Shown: positions 17,020 through 33,934 of the stretch, in pieces
How positions within the stretch are numbered: the stretch's first letter is position 1
Layout: every line of letters starts with the position of its first letter
DNA from: the human T2T-CHM13v2.0 reference genome, Homo sapiens
Assembly (NCBI RefSeq): GCF_009914755.1
Contig: NC_060929.1
Length of the DNA: 64,000 nt
Direction: 5' to 3' (one strand)
Translations under genes and position numbers: made by a program
Notes under the pieces: model-generated
Database searches by the model: none
What the model saw: only the letters and a program-made list of their open reading frames with translations
Told to the model about the DNA's origin: nothing

Positions 17020-18860
17020 TAAGGAAAACAACAAAATTCAAATAACCAAGATAATATATGTAATGCCCAATATAAAGTGAAAAATAAATAGACATGCAAA
17101 ATGAAGTTAATGAGATCCATAACCAGGAAAACCATCAGTCATTACTGAAAATGACAGAGTTGTCAGAATTAGCAGATGACCTTATAACAGCCATTACACC
17201 TTATACAAAAAATAACTCAAGATGGATTAAAGACTTAATTATAAAACCTAAAACCATAAAAACCCTAGAAGAAAACCTAGGCAATACCATTCAGGACATA
17301 GGCATGGCCAAAGACTTCATGACTAAAACACCAAAAGCAATTGCAACTAAAGCCAAAATTGACAATGGGATCTAATTAAACTAAAGAGCTTCTGCACAGC
17401 AAAAGAAACTATCATCAGAGTGAACAGGCAACCTACAGAATGGGAGAAAATTTTTGCAATCTATCCATCTGAAAAAGGCCTAGAATCCAGAATCTACAAA
17501 GAACTTAAACAGCTTTACAAGAAAAAAACAAACACCACCATAAAAAATGGGCAAAGGATATGAACAAACACTTCTCAAAAGAAGACATTTATGCGGCCAA
17601 CAAACATGAAAAAAAGCTCATCATCACTGGTCATTAGAGAAATGCAAATTAAAACCACAATGAGATACCATCTCACACCAGTTAGAATGACAATCATTAA
17701 AAAGTCAGGAAACAACAGATGCTGGAGTGGATGTGGAGAAATAGAAACACTTTTACACTGTTGGTGGGAGTGTAAATTAGTTCAACCATTGTGGAAGACA
17801 GTGTGGTGATTCCTCAAGGATTACACCTAGAAATACCATTTGACCCATCAATCCCATTACTGGGTATATTCCCAAAGGATTATAAATCATGCTGCTATAA
17901 AGACACATGCACACGTATGTTTATTGTGGCACTGTTCCCAATAGCAAAGACTTGGAAGCAACCCAAATGCCCATCAATGACAGACTGGATAAAGAAAACA
18001 TGGCACATATACCATGGAATACTATGCAGCCACAAAAAAGGATAAGCTCATGTCCTTTGCAGGGACATGGATAAAGCTGGAAACCATCTCAGCAAACTAA
18101 CACAGAACAGAAAACCAAACACTGCATGTTCTCACTCCTAAGTGGGAGTTGAACAATGAGAACACATGGACACAGGGAGTGGAACATCACACACCAGAGC
18201 CTGTTGGGGATTGAGGGTCTAGGGGAGGGATACCACTAGTAGAAACACCTAATGTAGATGACAGGTTGATGGGTGCAGCAAACCACCATGGTACGTGTAT
18301 ACCTATGTAAGAAACCTGCACAATCTGCACATGTACCCCAGAACTTAAAGTATAATTTTAAAAAAAGAGGGAAAAAAATTAGTTCAAGATTTTTAGGCAA
18401 ATCCTGATCATAAGGCAAAACAATTATGGACTCTCAATAGAGAAATGGAGATTATAACAAAAAACTGGAAAAATCTGAAACTGAAAAACCATAATATCTG
18501 AAACAAATACTGAAGAATCTTTACAGTAAATTAGAAACTCCAGAGGAAAAGAACAGTGAACCAGAAGTAAACAAGTTGAGACTATACAAACTGAAGCAAG
18601 GAAGACAAAATAATGCTGAAAAAAATTAGAACCAGACTTATTGACCTACAGGATAATATTAAAAGCTCAATTATATGTGTAATTGGGGTACCTGAAGAAA
18701 ATAAAGTTGTGTTAGAAAAAAAATTTGAAGAGACATTAAAATATTGGCTGAATATATTCTTAGGTTCATAACATATATAAAGGTACAGATCTGAGCAACT
18801 CAATCAACTCCAAAGACAAACACCAAGAAAAAACATACCAAGGAGTGTAATAGTTAAATT
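17020..18860 (+). mobile_element. Ancient L1 ORF1-region fragment, split by the L1PA at 17194-18367
   Basis: ORF1-like motifs (atatgtgtaattggggtacctgaagaa, caactcaatcaactccaaag) and L1-like sequence on both sides of the younger insertion. Confidence 0.55.
17194..18367 (+). mobile_element. 5'-truncated L1PA 3' end (ORF2 C-terminus, 3' UTR, poly-A)
   Basis: [18 protein letters not shown] and CCHC-knuckle peptides; ends cagaacttaaagtataat followed by an A-tract. Confidence 0.95.
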
Positions 18861-19289
18861 ATAACATTAATAATAATTATAATGAAATTATAACATTAAC
18901 AATAATTATATTGATACTTACAGGAGTAATACTAGCAGCAAGTTTTCATCATTTCTCAGGGTTCTACTATGGTATTTAGATCTTGCTTATCTTAGCAATG
19001 CTCTCATCTCAATTTTACTTTTCTTTTATGTAAATTTACATTAAATTTATACTGTCACCTTTTTCAGCATTCCCCAGAGTCAAGCCTTAATGTCTCTTAC
19101 TGGTTTCTTTTAGTATGCGTTGAAAAGGTCCTGTAGTTCCTTTGGGATATAACTACATTTTTGTAGGTGAACTTAACGCCAGTGGGGTTGATTATGACCT
19201 TTTAATTTTTGTTTATTAAGGTGTAATGCAAATGAAATCATTCTAACGTTCTTGGTCTACAAAATTCTGTGACTTTTGGCAAACACATA

Positions 19290-19585
19290 ATTATGGGCTG
19301 AATTGTGTTTCTCCCAAATTCATATGATTAAGCCTTTACTCCCCGTACCTCAGAATGAAACTATACTTGGAGACAAGTCCTTCATAAATGTGATTAAATT
19401 AAACTGATGGAGTTAGGGTGTGCCCCAATCCAATCTGATTTGTGTGCTTATAAGAAGAGAAAATTTGAGCACAAAGAGAGACACCCAGGAAGTGAGGCAC
19501 AGAGGAAAGGCCAAGTGAGGACACAGGGAGAAGGTGGTCCAGAACATGCCGAGGAGAGAGGACTCAGAAAAAAAACACACCTGTA
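19290..19585 (+). mobile_element. MLT1 (MaLR) LTR fragment
   Basis: tatgggctgaattgtgt...ccaaattcatatg...cctcagaatg...ccaatccaat, typical MLT1 5' end. Confidence 0.75.
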
Positions 19586-19589
19586 AGCA

Positions 19590-20360
19590 TTTAGTTTTTT
19601 GCTCCTATAGTTTTGCCTTTCTCAAACATTCTTATGAGTGAAATAATACAGTATATGGCCTTTTGAGTCTGGCTTCTTTCATTTAGCATAATACAGGTAA
19701 GATTCATCTAAATTACTTCACATATCAACAGTTTGTTTCTTTTAATTGCTGTAATTATTTCATTATATACAAGTGGGTTGTTTACAGTTTTGTGGTTATG
19801 AAGAAAAGCCACTTAAAACCTTTATGGTTAAACCTTTAGATTTCTGTGTAAACTTACTTCATGTACCTGGGTAAATATCCAGGAGTGGGGTATCTGGTCA
19901 TGTGGTAACTATATATTGAACTTCATAAGACAGTGAAAATCTGACTTCCAAATAGGCTGTACCAATATGTATTCTCACCTGCAAAATATATCCTTTTCAG
20001 CTTTTATAAATATTTATTTGTGTATTTATTTTATTGTAGCACTCTTAATAAATGTGTAGTAATATGCCATTGCAATATTAATTTTCACTTTAATAAGTCG
20101 TGCTTTTACTGTGGTATCTAAGACATATTTGACTAATCCAAAGTCACAAAGATAGTCTTTGATGTTTTCTGTAAGACTCAAAGGAGTTTTACTTCTATAA
20201 TTCATGCTGAGGTAATTTTTGTGTAAATTATAAAATATGGATTGAGGTTATTTATTTTTCTTATGGATGTACAATTGTTCCAGCACTATTTATTGAAGAC
20301 TCTCCTTTCTCCAAAAAATTGCCTTTGCTTCTGTGTTGCAAATCAATTGATCACAAATAT
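19590..20360 (-). mobile_element. Old L1 (L1MC/ME-type) fragment
   Basis: Antisense L1 motifs (tggcttctttcatttagcataat, caattgttccagcactatttattgaagact). Confidence 0.7.
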
Positions 20361-22639
20361 ATAGCAAATATATACGTATTTTTTAATATGTGGTGTTTAT
20401 TAGTTTTCTTCCCAAACTTCTTAATAAAAAGAGCATTCGTAATTCATTCATTGTCAACTCTGAGATTTGGTTTACACATTTAACCAATATTTATGTTTAT
20501 AGGTAATATTTTATGACCTTGAGTTTATTTCAAAAGGTCAACTTGTCTTATTAAAATTAAAGATACAAGATTCTTAATTTGATTGTTGATGTGTTAGATT
20601 AATTCATGCTTTAACAGTCCTTCAATTATTGCTGAGAACTTTGTGTTTCGTATTGCACTTGATGTTCTATAGAAACTGGATACAGAGCATGCTATAGCCC
20701 TATGATCATTTTACTATTTAGGATACATGACATATAGAGAAAGGAGATTACAGTGACATCAAATTGTACATTTATTAAATTACTGAATTAATCTACATGC
20801 ATATGCGAGGATAGAGAAATAACCTTAGTGATGTCGTTGATTCACTTAGTCGTCTCCTTAATGAGCATGAATTCTAGGTGTGTACAATGTGAGGAGTAGA
20901 AAATTGCTGTTCCCTTACTTGCTCTGTTTGCATCATGTCTCATTCAACATTGATACATTATTGGAATGAAAATTATTCTACATTTATAGCTTGGCATTTT
21001 TCAAAAACCATGACTTCACAATATGCGCAAATAAAATAAAATGTGATCAGAAGCAATGATGGGCAATGTGGGAATTTTCAAGGGCAATTTTGACCTTAAA
21101 ATGTAACCTCCCATATAAGATGAAACTTTTCTGAACTTCACAGTAAATAATTACGCAGTAAATACAAACAAACAAACAACACATACATATACATATGCAA
21201 AAATATTTACTTTTTGTTGAGAGGGGAATACGAGAACATTATAAGTAAGAGAAACATCAGAATAGGGGATAGAATGAAACCTAACCTGCTCTATAAGACA
21301 GATTGTAAAAGAAGTGTAGTGAATTTGAAATGGTGAAAAATGAGGTGAGACAATTATTAAGGAGCCAGGTATGCGGATTTTTAAACCAAACCTATTAGTT
21401 TGATTAGGCTCCAACCGGTAGTGGGGATTAACCAAAGTCTTGACTTACCCAATTTTTATATGTGGTACGTCTGGAAGATTTTATCCTGGGTTGGTAAGAA
21501 TCTGCTGCCACTGCTACAGGCTAAGAAAGGGTATTTCCTGTGTGTACATATAGACTTGTGAGTGTCTACATTGTTAAAATTGAAATAGCTGTACAATTAA
21601 AGAAATCTGTCATAGCATACCCTTTGCCTGAGTACAAAACAGATAAGAAAATATTTTCTTGGTTACTTCTATTGATTAATGTATCCAGGCAAATTAGTGG
21701 AATGACTTCCAGCCAAGACTCAGGATCATCTACATCTAGGTCAGTAAGAGTTATCAACAAGCCCTGTCATGAAAACAGTGTCCTATTTTTTTTATTATTC
21801 AGACTGAGGTACTGCTTATATTTCAGAATAATTATGAAGAGTGGCAGCAGTTTTATTCTTGATAGGAATTCTACTTTGAAGCATATACTTTCCTTATTAC
21901 TATGTCATAAGCATAAGTAAATGCTTATTACATTTGTTATAAGCATTTATTTCAGGTTAAAGAATATCGTGATATTTCAAGTTAGCATTTGTAGCTGTTT
22001 CCCCATTTGAATCAGGATTTTACCTTTCCTATGAAACCAAAACAAACCAAAAGGACATTACATAGCAACTGTAATTTGTTCGCAAGTATTTTTATCTAAA
22101 CTGTTTCAATTTCTTGTTGTCTGAAATATAATAAATAAATGTTATCTTACAAATAAGTTTACACTCACTAATCACCATGTTTACAATTTTATTTACTGAG
22201 ATTTCATGTAAGATTTCTTTTGGGGAAAAAAAGTGTTCATTTCTTAACACTTAAACACACCATTCTGAATTATTGATTGAGGGGGAACCTGAAAAGGAGT
22301 TGTAGCATTGATAGAGAATTAGGAATTCTGTAAAATCAAGTCTAGTTTTAGACATTTAAAGTTTGATTCAGTGGCATTAACTGACACTGTAAAATAGACT
22401 TATAAATTCCCAAGCAAGTAATATATACTTGAAAGGTATATTTCCAAAGAAATAAGAAAGAGAGTAACAAAGAACCCAACGTAAAAGGCATCTCACAATG
22501 AGAGAAAAAGAGGAAACTGCATAATATATATTAAAAATTTTATTTCATAAAACCCAGTTTGAAATACACAGTTTTATTACTATATTTTCACTCATGCTTT
22601 AAAGTGAATATGATTATTACAATTATGGCCTGGTTTGAA

Positions 22640-23080
22640 AGCCCTAGTACCATGTGCCATTTCTGCTCTTCCCATTGAGAGGTGAATTGTATTTGTCTAC
22701 CCCTTTGAGTCTGGCCTTGGGTCCTGCTTTCACCAATGGAACATGGCAGAAATGACAATGGGAAACTTCTGAGCTATAGTCAAGAAACCATGCACTTTAT
22801 TAGAAATGTAGACATCACATATGAGGAAGGCCAGACTGATCTAGTCTCCTTGAGAATAAAAAAACACATGGAGAGAGGCCCAGACATCTAGGTGTTACAG
22901 CTGAACCTCCATCCAACCCCTTAGCTGGACTTAGCAGCATGAGGGAGCACAGGTAAAAACAGAAGAGGAAACACTCAATTAAACTGAAGATTTGTGAGGC
23001 TTAATACATTGTAAATTGTTGTTTTAAGCTACTATGATTTGGAGTACTGTAGCTGTTTTGGAACAATGCATAACTGACAC
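22640..23080 (+). mobile_element. MLT1 (MaLR) LTR, followed by (CA)n to about 23109
   Basis: 3' end ttgttgttttaagctact...gcataactgacaca is typical of MLT1. Confidence 0.65.
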
Positions 23081-23388
23081 ACACACACGCGCACACACAC
23101 ACACACACAGGCTCCTTTCCTTGTTCATTTCAACTATTTTCAATTCATAAGTGTCATATTTACACCTATGTGGTTTGATAAATAAGGTGATATTGTATAG
23201 GGTTTCCTAGGGTGGTTAAAACTAGCAGAGTGATTAATACTTATTTAGTCTTTTGTGTATAAAAGCACATTATGATATTAATCAGTTTAGGGATCAACTC
23301 AATTTTCTAGTAGAAAGAACACAGGATTTGGAGATTAAAAAAAAAAATTAAAGCAACAACCTGAAGAAAAATTTATTAACTAGGTGAC

Positions 23389-23607
23389 TGAGTGATTTTG
23401 GTCAAATTATTTTATCTCTCTAGATCTCTATTTTCTCATTTAGTTAAAAAGAATTTTAAGAGGGATAATTCTCAAGGTTGTAAATGCATATACATATATA
23501 GTATGCATATATATGTATGCATATGCATATTTTAACTAAAATTCTTTTCAACTAAATGAGAAAATAGAGATCTAGGAGAGACAAAATAACTTGACCAAAA
23601 TCACTCA
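23389..23607. repeat. ~70 bp near-perfect inverted repeat; left arm is a MIR core
   Basis: 23389-23458 versus the reverse complement of 23537-23607: 3 substitutions and 1 indel. Confidence 0.95.
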
Positions 23608-24559
23608 ATGCATATACATATATAATAGGCATTTATTTGTATATACATTTAAAACCTAGAGAACTATCTATCTTATATATAATATATATCGATCTTTTAA
23701 AAAATATATTAAAAAAAGTTTGTGTTGTTGTTTTGTCTAAGTTATAGTTCAGGAAGTTCTTTAGAATTTGCTGCCAGTATTTTACTTCCTTTACTTAACA
23801 TAATGTATTGCATTATTCTAAAGTATGAATATATCACTGAAAATATTGCCCCAAATGTTTTACTGAACAATATTTTAAGATGAAACAATTTTACAATGTT
23901 ACTAATTTCAATACTATTTTATAACATCATTTCATTTATATTAATATTAATAAGAATAGAATCTCAAAATTAAATAAGTGAAACTAATGTATCTCTGTGA
24001 CTCTGATATCCACAAAATAAAGTATGAATACCGAGTGAACAGATGAAGGCAAACAAAAAAATTAAAAATATAACATACATCTCAGTTTGTCAAACAATAT
24101 ATTCATTGTAGTAAGAAGACTCTGCCACAGACTTCTAGGTGTGGCATCTTATCCATTCACTGCTGGCATGCTAGCCAATCATATTTCGACGTATTTGACA
24201 AGTCAAATAAAGTAGAAAAAACTACTTGTAAACATACTTAGATTATTCAAATCTAGGAAGATCTGCTCACGAAGAAATGACATCAGAAACTCTTAATGTT
24301 AACAATTTGAAGACTTATTATGTCAATCATAAACTTCAAATTTTCTCCTTGCAGTTATTATGTTTAATGTGTAATTCCATTTTTATGGCAAAGGTCACTC
24401 TGGCATTTACAGATATTTGAAAAGTATATGTAGGATATTTTAAGTTTCCATGATAATTTTGAATTTTCACTGAAAAATTAGGGAATAAAGGAATTATAAC
24501 AGCGACTTGTAGAATTTGTGGACTTGATACACAGTTATTATTATCTCATCAAACTACTT

Positions 24560-26581
<2,022 letters not shown>

Positions 26582-26721
26582 TTAAAAATTAATTAAATTA
26601 GGATCATTTTTGGTTTGTGTTACTACTTGAGATATTTGAAGACATTTAAAAATACTCCAAAATTGTAGTTGTCATCTAAGAGCAATGAATGAAAAATGAA
26701 AGTAACTTTTTGAAACTCTCT

Positions 26722-29700
26722 GTAGAAGATGGCAGATTGTAGGCATAGTTAGAATGCATCACTCACTTGGAAAGACAAAATAGCATGTAGAGATTCACAC
26801 TGAAAACTTTTTCCCATGAAGCAACACAAGAACTTAACAGAAAAGTTTCATTTAAAACCACAGACCCTTTGAAAGCAGTGGCAGGCAGCAGCCTACACCA
26901 CTAACTAAGATGGCAAACTGAGTCTCCAGAGCATAATATTAGGGAGAGACTGCCACTGTGACATATGCTCCAACAGGAGGGACAGGAAATCCAGGTTACG
27001 GGGCAAGGTCTTAACCCTATCCACTGCTGGAGCTGATTTCATGAACAGTCTGGACTACATGAGAAGGATGCTTTGTGTGCACCCCGAGACTCCAGTGGCC
27101 ATGGAGGGAAGCCATTCCTGATCCTACTGCACAGGGGAAGTTGTGAAAGTCTGCCAGCTAACTCAGGTGGTGGTCATAGGTTCAGAGAAGCTCCCAACTT
27201 AGATCTGTGATATAATCTGGATTGGGGATGAACCCCATTGGCCAGAATTGAGAGGTCAGCAGGAAATGTGCTATTCCCATGGGTGCAGGAGCTGAAAAAC
27301 CCTGCTTCATGGGTGGACTGGGAGAAACATTGCCTGAAAGCCACAGTTTCTGTCTCCAGCAAAAAGGTTTGTGTCCTGGGGGCAGTTTTGTGTTGAGTGC
27401 AGAATGCCTGGGACCCAGCTAGCTGCTCCTAGCAGAACACCATGGACCTTCCTTGCCAAGTATGTGGGGGCTGAGTGGGGCTTATTGGCACCTGCTAACC
27501 CCCCAAACCCCATGCAAATTCTTTTGTGTAGCAGAGGCAGCTGTGCTCTTCCCTGGAACATTACTCCAGCAGCCAGGGAACTTCCCTCTCTTCCTCACCG
27601 GGCTACTGCTTGCACCTGCATGTAGGGAGCGAAAGGATGGAATTGCCTGACCCAGCCCCCACCTGGCTTTGCCCTACCACCTGTCCTGGTACTGCAACAC
27701 AAGAGGCCCTCGTAGTACAACAAGGAGTAGGGACCTATGGGAGCTCCATGGCCCCTCCCAGTGCCTGAGGCACTAGAGTGCCTCTCCTGAGTAACAAAAG
27801 GCAAGCATAGATTCAACCACTACCACTGCACCTGGCGTTCTTTTGTAAGTGCCACCTTCTGGCTGGAGGCCAGCTGGCACAGCCCGTTACAACATCTGCA
27901 GGCACAATAACACAGCACTTAGGAAGAAGAAAATTTTTGCTCAACCTCAGCCATTGACATTGCTTGCATCAGCTTGGGTAACCAGGAGCTCTTGAGCCAG
28001 TCCATGTGCCCAGTACAATACTACTGCAGCTGACATTTCAAAAAGCCAACACATGAAAGCTATTTATAACCATAGAAATCTAAGAGTCTATGTCACTCCC
28101 CTCCCACTCCCATCAGAGCTGACGTTGGTACCAACAGCTGGAAGACTTGAGAACAGGTCACATCACTGGATTCCCTGAACCAGCCTGGAGTGTGGCAGCC
28201 CCACTGGGCAACTAGACCCAGGGCAGCAGCAGGACTCACAGCAGTCTGCTCAGGTACTTCTACTTACTGGGGAAGAGGGAGTGTACCACATTAAGGGAGC
28301 ACCCAATGTAACCTCAAGTCCCTGAACTTTCCACTTGTGAGAAGTTTCTTTCAGCAGAGGCACAAGTGCAATGCTGGGCTCAGTGGGGAAGTCTGCAGCT
28401 CTATCCCAACAGTCAGACAGCCCTGAGGCTCATGAGGAGAACTGGAGAAGGAGACTTCTTCCCCTCACTCACCACTGCAGACACAGCTGGGGGTTCTCCT
28501 AAGGTAACCTATCATGGGTGCATCTGTAGACAGCCTTTCAGACTGCATTCTCACAGAAGGAGTGCCCCCAGGTTTATGCTTGGACAAGAGGTAGAGTGAC
28601 AATCCCTGTCTCCATGAAACATCAGCATTCCTGCAGATGAAAAGAGGTGCCTGTCTGATCTGAATAGCTGGAACACTGCAACAGGAGTGTGTCTTGGAGG
28701 TGAAACACTTGGCTGCTGGCCTAGAAGGAGAGCTATGGTGACTCCCTCCCTTTCCCCTGAAAATATCTCAGAGTATTTCACTGAGAACTTCCCCAGCCAC
28801 CTCTTTTAAGGCTGGGACCTCTGCCCATCATTGGAGTATTGCATTTACCTACCTGTTTAGCCGCAGCCAGTTTTTACCCATGTGCACAGCCTACTGGCTC
28901 GATGCATGAACTCTTCAAATCAGTGAATAAGATCCTAGGGGAAAGAAATTATTTTTAGGTGTACACCACTAGGGAATGAGTTAAGCTTCATAAAATCGCT
29001 GCTATTCCAGCCTCACAGGAGACAGTGAACCTACTCCAACACCTAGTACATCATTATTAAAACTAGCATCTGAGAAAGTCATTGCACATTGTTTCTCTAC
29101 AACCAAGGAATTCATACAGTCTTTGCCACTGAAGGCACTCAGAGCCAAAGCTAGGTGAAAATAAACAATAAAGTCTCATCCTCAAGGGGAAAAAAAATAA
29201 GGATCAAAAAAAGCAGTCAAAAATAAATTCAAAAATAATTACACTAGTCTACACAAATGAAACAGAACCAGAAAAATAATTAAAATAATTCTGGAAATAT
29301 GAAAAAAACAGTTATGTAACACTCCCCAAAGATCACACTAATTCTCCAGCAGTAGATTCAACCCAAGATGAAATCACTGAAATACCAGATAAAGAATTCA
29401 AAGGGTTGATTACTAATTTACTTAAGGAGATACAAGAGAAAGGTGAAAACCAACATAAAGAATCATTTTTTAAAAAACTAAGAATATAAATGAAAAAATT
29501 TTAAAGAGGTAGATATTTTAAAGAAAAATGTTTCATAACTTCTGAAAATGAAAGAAACATTTAGGGAACTAGAAAATGCAACTGAAAGTTTTAACATAGA
29601 CAGACCAAGTATTGAATTTCACAGGTCAAAGAGAAGGCTCTTGAATTAACCTAATAAGAACAAAAAAAAGAATAAAAAAGAATTAGAATAAATGAACAAA

Positions 29701-30626
29701 GTCTCTGAGAAATATGCATTTTTGTAAAATGGCCAAACTTAATCATTATAGGTGTTTCTGAGGGAGAAAATAAAAGCAAAATGTTTGGAGAACTTCTAGA
29801 GGGAATAACTTAGGAAAATTTCTCTGGCGTTGCTATAGCTTTTGACTTCCAAATATAAAAAATTTAACTCCTGGGAGACTCATTGCAAAAAGACAACACC
29901 AAGGCATATAGTCACCAGGCTATCTAAAGTCAATGTGAAGGAAAGAATTCTAAGAGTAGTGAGACAAAAGCATCAGGTAACCTATAAAGGAAAAGCTCTC
30001 AGACTAATAGCAGACTTCTTAGTAGAAACCGTACAAGTTAGAAGAGATTGGGGTACTACCTTTAGTCTTCTTAAACAGAGTAACTGTCAGCCAAGAATTT
30101 TATATCCAGCAAAACTAAATTCCATAAATGAAGAAGACATAAAGTCTTTCTTTGACAAGCAAATGCTAAGGGAATGTGTCACTCAAGGATAGCCCTACAA
30201 AAAAATGCTAAAAGGAGTTCTAATTGTTGAAACAAAAGATTGATACCCACCAGAATAGAAACTCCTGAAAGCATAAAATTCACAGGACTTATAAAACAAT
30301 AACACAATGCAAAAAACAAAGTCACTAGGTAACCATCAATACGATGACTGAAACAGTATCTCACATCTCAACATTAATGTTGAATATAAATGGTCTCTAT
30401 AATCTACTTAAAAGATACATTGTCAGAATGAATTTTTTTTAAAAAATCACAAACCAAATATCTGCTGTCTTCAGGAGACCCACCTCACATGTAAGGATCC
30501 TTATAGAGTCAAAGTAAATGGAGGGGGGAAAGATATTTCATGCAGATAGAAACCACAACTGAGGAGGAGTAGCTATTCTTAGATAAAATTGATTTTAAAG
30601 CAATAGCAAAAAGAGACAACAAAGGG
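26722..30626 (+). mobile_element. Older L1 (L1PB/L1MA era): long 5' UTR, ORF1, start of ORF2; host of a nested L1
   Basis: Starts aagatggcag...; ORF1 peptide TPRHIVTRLSKV...PRILYPAKL; endonuclease motif tgctgtcttcaggagacccacctcaca. Confidence 0.85.
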
Positions 30627-33516
30627 TAGAAGGCAGGACTAGCTTGCACCTCCCGCTTGGACAAACAGAGCAGCATGTCAGAGCCTCTGAGCTCAGACAT
30701 GCCTATCCCTACCCCCACCTGGTGGTCTTTCTGTACTAGCCCTGGTAGCCAAAGACAATGGTCATAATCTCCTGGGAGCTCTACTGCACTGCCCACCACC
30801 TGGCAAACCTGAATACTTAACCAAGTGTACCTAGGGCAAGTTTGCATCCTCCCTATAGGACTGCAGCTGATGCACTCCTGAAAGCGCCACCTCCTGGCAG
30901 GAGCCCAATCAACACAAAACCAGCACACCAAACAAAAATACAACCAAGGACCCTCACAGAGTCCATTTCATTCCCCTGCTACATCCACTGGGGCATGTGC
31001 TGGTATTCATGGCTGCAAGACCTGAAGATGGATCACATCACAGGACTCTGCAGACACTCCCCAGTACCAACTTGGAGCCCAGTAGCTCCATTGGGTGACT
31101 AGGCCCAGAAGAGCAAAAATAATTATGACAGTTCAGCTCTCAGGAAGCCCCATTCCTAGGAGAGGGGAGAGAACACTACATAAAGGGTGCAGCCCATGGG
31201 GCAAAATAATCTAAACAGCAGCCCTTGAATCCCAGATCTTCCCTCTGACATAGTCTACCCAGATGAGAAGGAACCAGAGAAGCAATTCTGGTAGTATGAC
31301 AAAACAAGGTTCTTTAACGCCCTCAAAAGATCATACCAGCTAACCGGCAACAGATCCAAACCAAGGCAAAAATCTCTGAATTGTCAGAAATAGAATTCAA
31401 AAGGTTGATTATTAAGCTAATCAAGGAGGCATCAGGGAAAAGTGAAGTCCAACTTAAATAAATCAAAAAGATGATACATGATATGAAAGGAAAGTTCTTC
31501 AGTGAGATTGATAGCATTAATAAAAAACAACCACAACTTCTGGAAATCAAGGACACAGAGAATTGGAAAATACACTGGAAAGTCTCAGTAATAGAATCAA
31601 ACAAGTGGAAGAAAGAACTTCAGAGCTCAAAGACAAAGCTTTTGAATTAACCCAATCCATCAAAGACAAAGAAAAAAGAATAAAAAATGAACGAAGCCTC
31701 CAAGAAGTCTGGAACTATGTTAAAAGTCCAAACCTAAGAATAACTAGTGTTCCTGAGGAAGAAGAGAAACCTGAAAGTTTGGAAAACATATTTGAGGGAA
31801 TTATCAAGGACAACTTCCCCAGCCTTGCTAGAGATCTAGACATCCAAATACAAGAAGCTCAAAGAACACCTGGTAAATTCATTGCAAAGAGATCATTGCC
31901 TAGGCACACAGTCATTAGGTTATCTAAAGTCAAGACAAAGGAAACAATATTAAGAGCTGTGAGGCAATAGCATCAGGTAACCTATAAAGGAATACCTATC
32001 AGATTAACAGCAGATTTCTTAGGAGAAACCCAACAAGCTAGAAGAGATTGGGGTACTATTTTTAGCCTCCTTATACAAAACAACTATCAGGCAAGAATTA
32101 CGAATCCAGAGAAACTAAGCTTGATTAAATGAAGGAAAGATACAGTCTTTTCCAGACAAACAAATGCTAAGAGAATTTGACACTACCAAGCCAGCACTAC
32201 AAGAACTGCTAAAAGGAACTCTAAATCTTTAAACAAATATCTGAAATACACCAAAATAGAACGTCCTTAAAGCATAAATCTCACAGGACCTGCTAACAAT
32301 AACACAATGAAAAAAATGTATTTGGGCAAAAAATAGCATGATGAATAGATAGTACTTCATATCTCAAAACTAACATTGATTATAAATGGCCTAAATGCTC
32401 CACTTAATAGATACAGAATGGGAGAATGGATAAGAATTCCCCAAGCAAGTTTCTGCTGTCTTCAGGAGACTCACCTAACACACAAGGACTAACATCAACT
32501 GAAGGTAAAGGGGTGAAAAACGATATTGCATGCAAATGGACACCAAAAGTGGGCAAAAGTAGCTATTCTTATATCAGACAAAACCAACTTTAAAGCAACA
32601 GCAGTTAAAAAAGACAACAATAAACATTGTCTAATGATAAAAGGACTAGTCCAACAGGAAAATATCAAAATTACAAATATATATGCACCTAACACTGGAG
32701 TTCCCAAATTTACAAAACAATTACTACTAGACCTAAGTAATGAGACAGAATGCAATACAAAAATAATGTGGGACTTTAATACTCCACTGACAGCACTAGA
32801 CAGGTCATCAAGACAGGAAGTCAATGAAGAAACAATGGACCTAAACTATAACCTACAACAAATGGACTTAACAGATATTTACAGAACATTCTACCCAACA
32901 ACTGTAGAATATACATTCTATTCATCACCACATGAAACATTCTCCAAGACAGACCATATGGAAGGCTACAAGTCTCAGTAAATTTTTTAAAAAATCGAAA
33001 TTGTATCAAGTACTCTCCCAGACCACAGTGGAATAAAATTAGAAATCAACTCCAAAAGGAACCCTCAAAACCATGCAAATACATGAAAATTAAATAACCT
33101 GCCTCTGAATGATCATTGGGTAAATAATAAAATCAAGATGGAAATCTAAAAATTCTTTGAACTGAACGATAATAGTGACACACAAACTACCAAAACCTCT
33201 GGGATACAGCAAAAGCAGTGCTAAAAGGAAAGTTCACAGCATTAAATGCCTACATCGGAAAGTCTGAAAAAGCAATAGACAATCTAAGGTCACCGTCACA
33301 GAACTGGAGAAACAAGAACAATCCAAACCCAAAACCAGCAGAAAAGAAGTAATAAAGATCAGAGCAGAACTAAATGAAATTGGAACAAACACACAAGCAA
33401 AAACAATACAAAAGATAAATGAAACAAAAAGCTGGTTCTTTGAAAAGATAAATAAAATTGACAAACAATTAGTGAAATTAACCAAGAAAAGAAGAGAGAA
33501 AATCCAAATAAGCTCA

Positions 33517-33934
<418 letters not shown>

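Noticed and set aside
21540-21920. 126-aa ORF in apparently non-repetitive DNA
   Set aside because: GTG start, no recognisable motif, no clear exon structure; consistent with a chance ORF.
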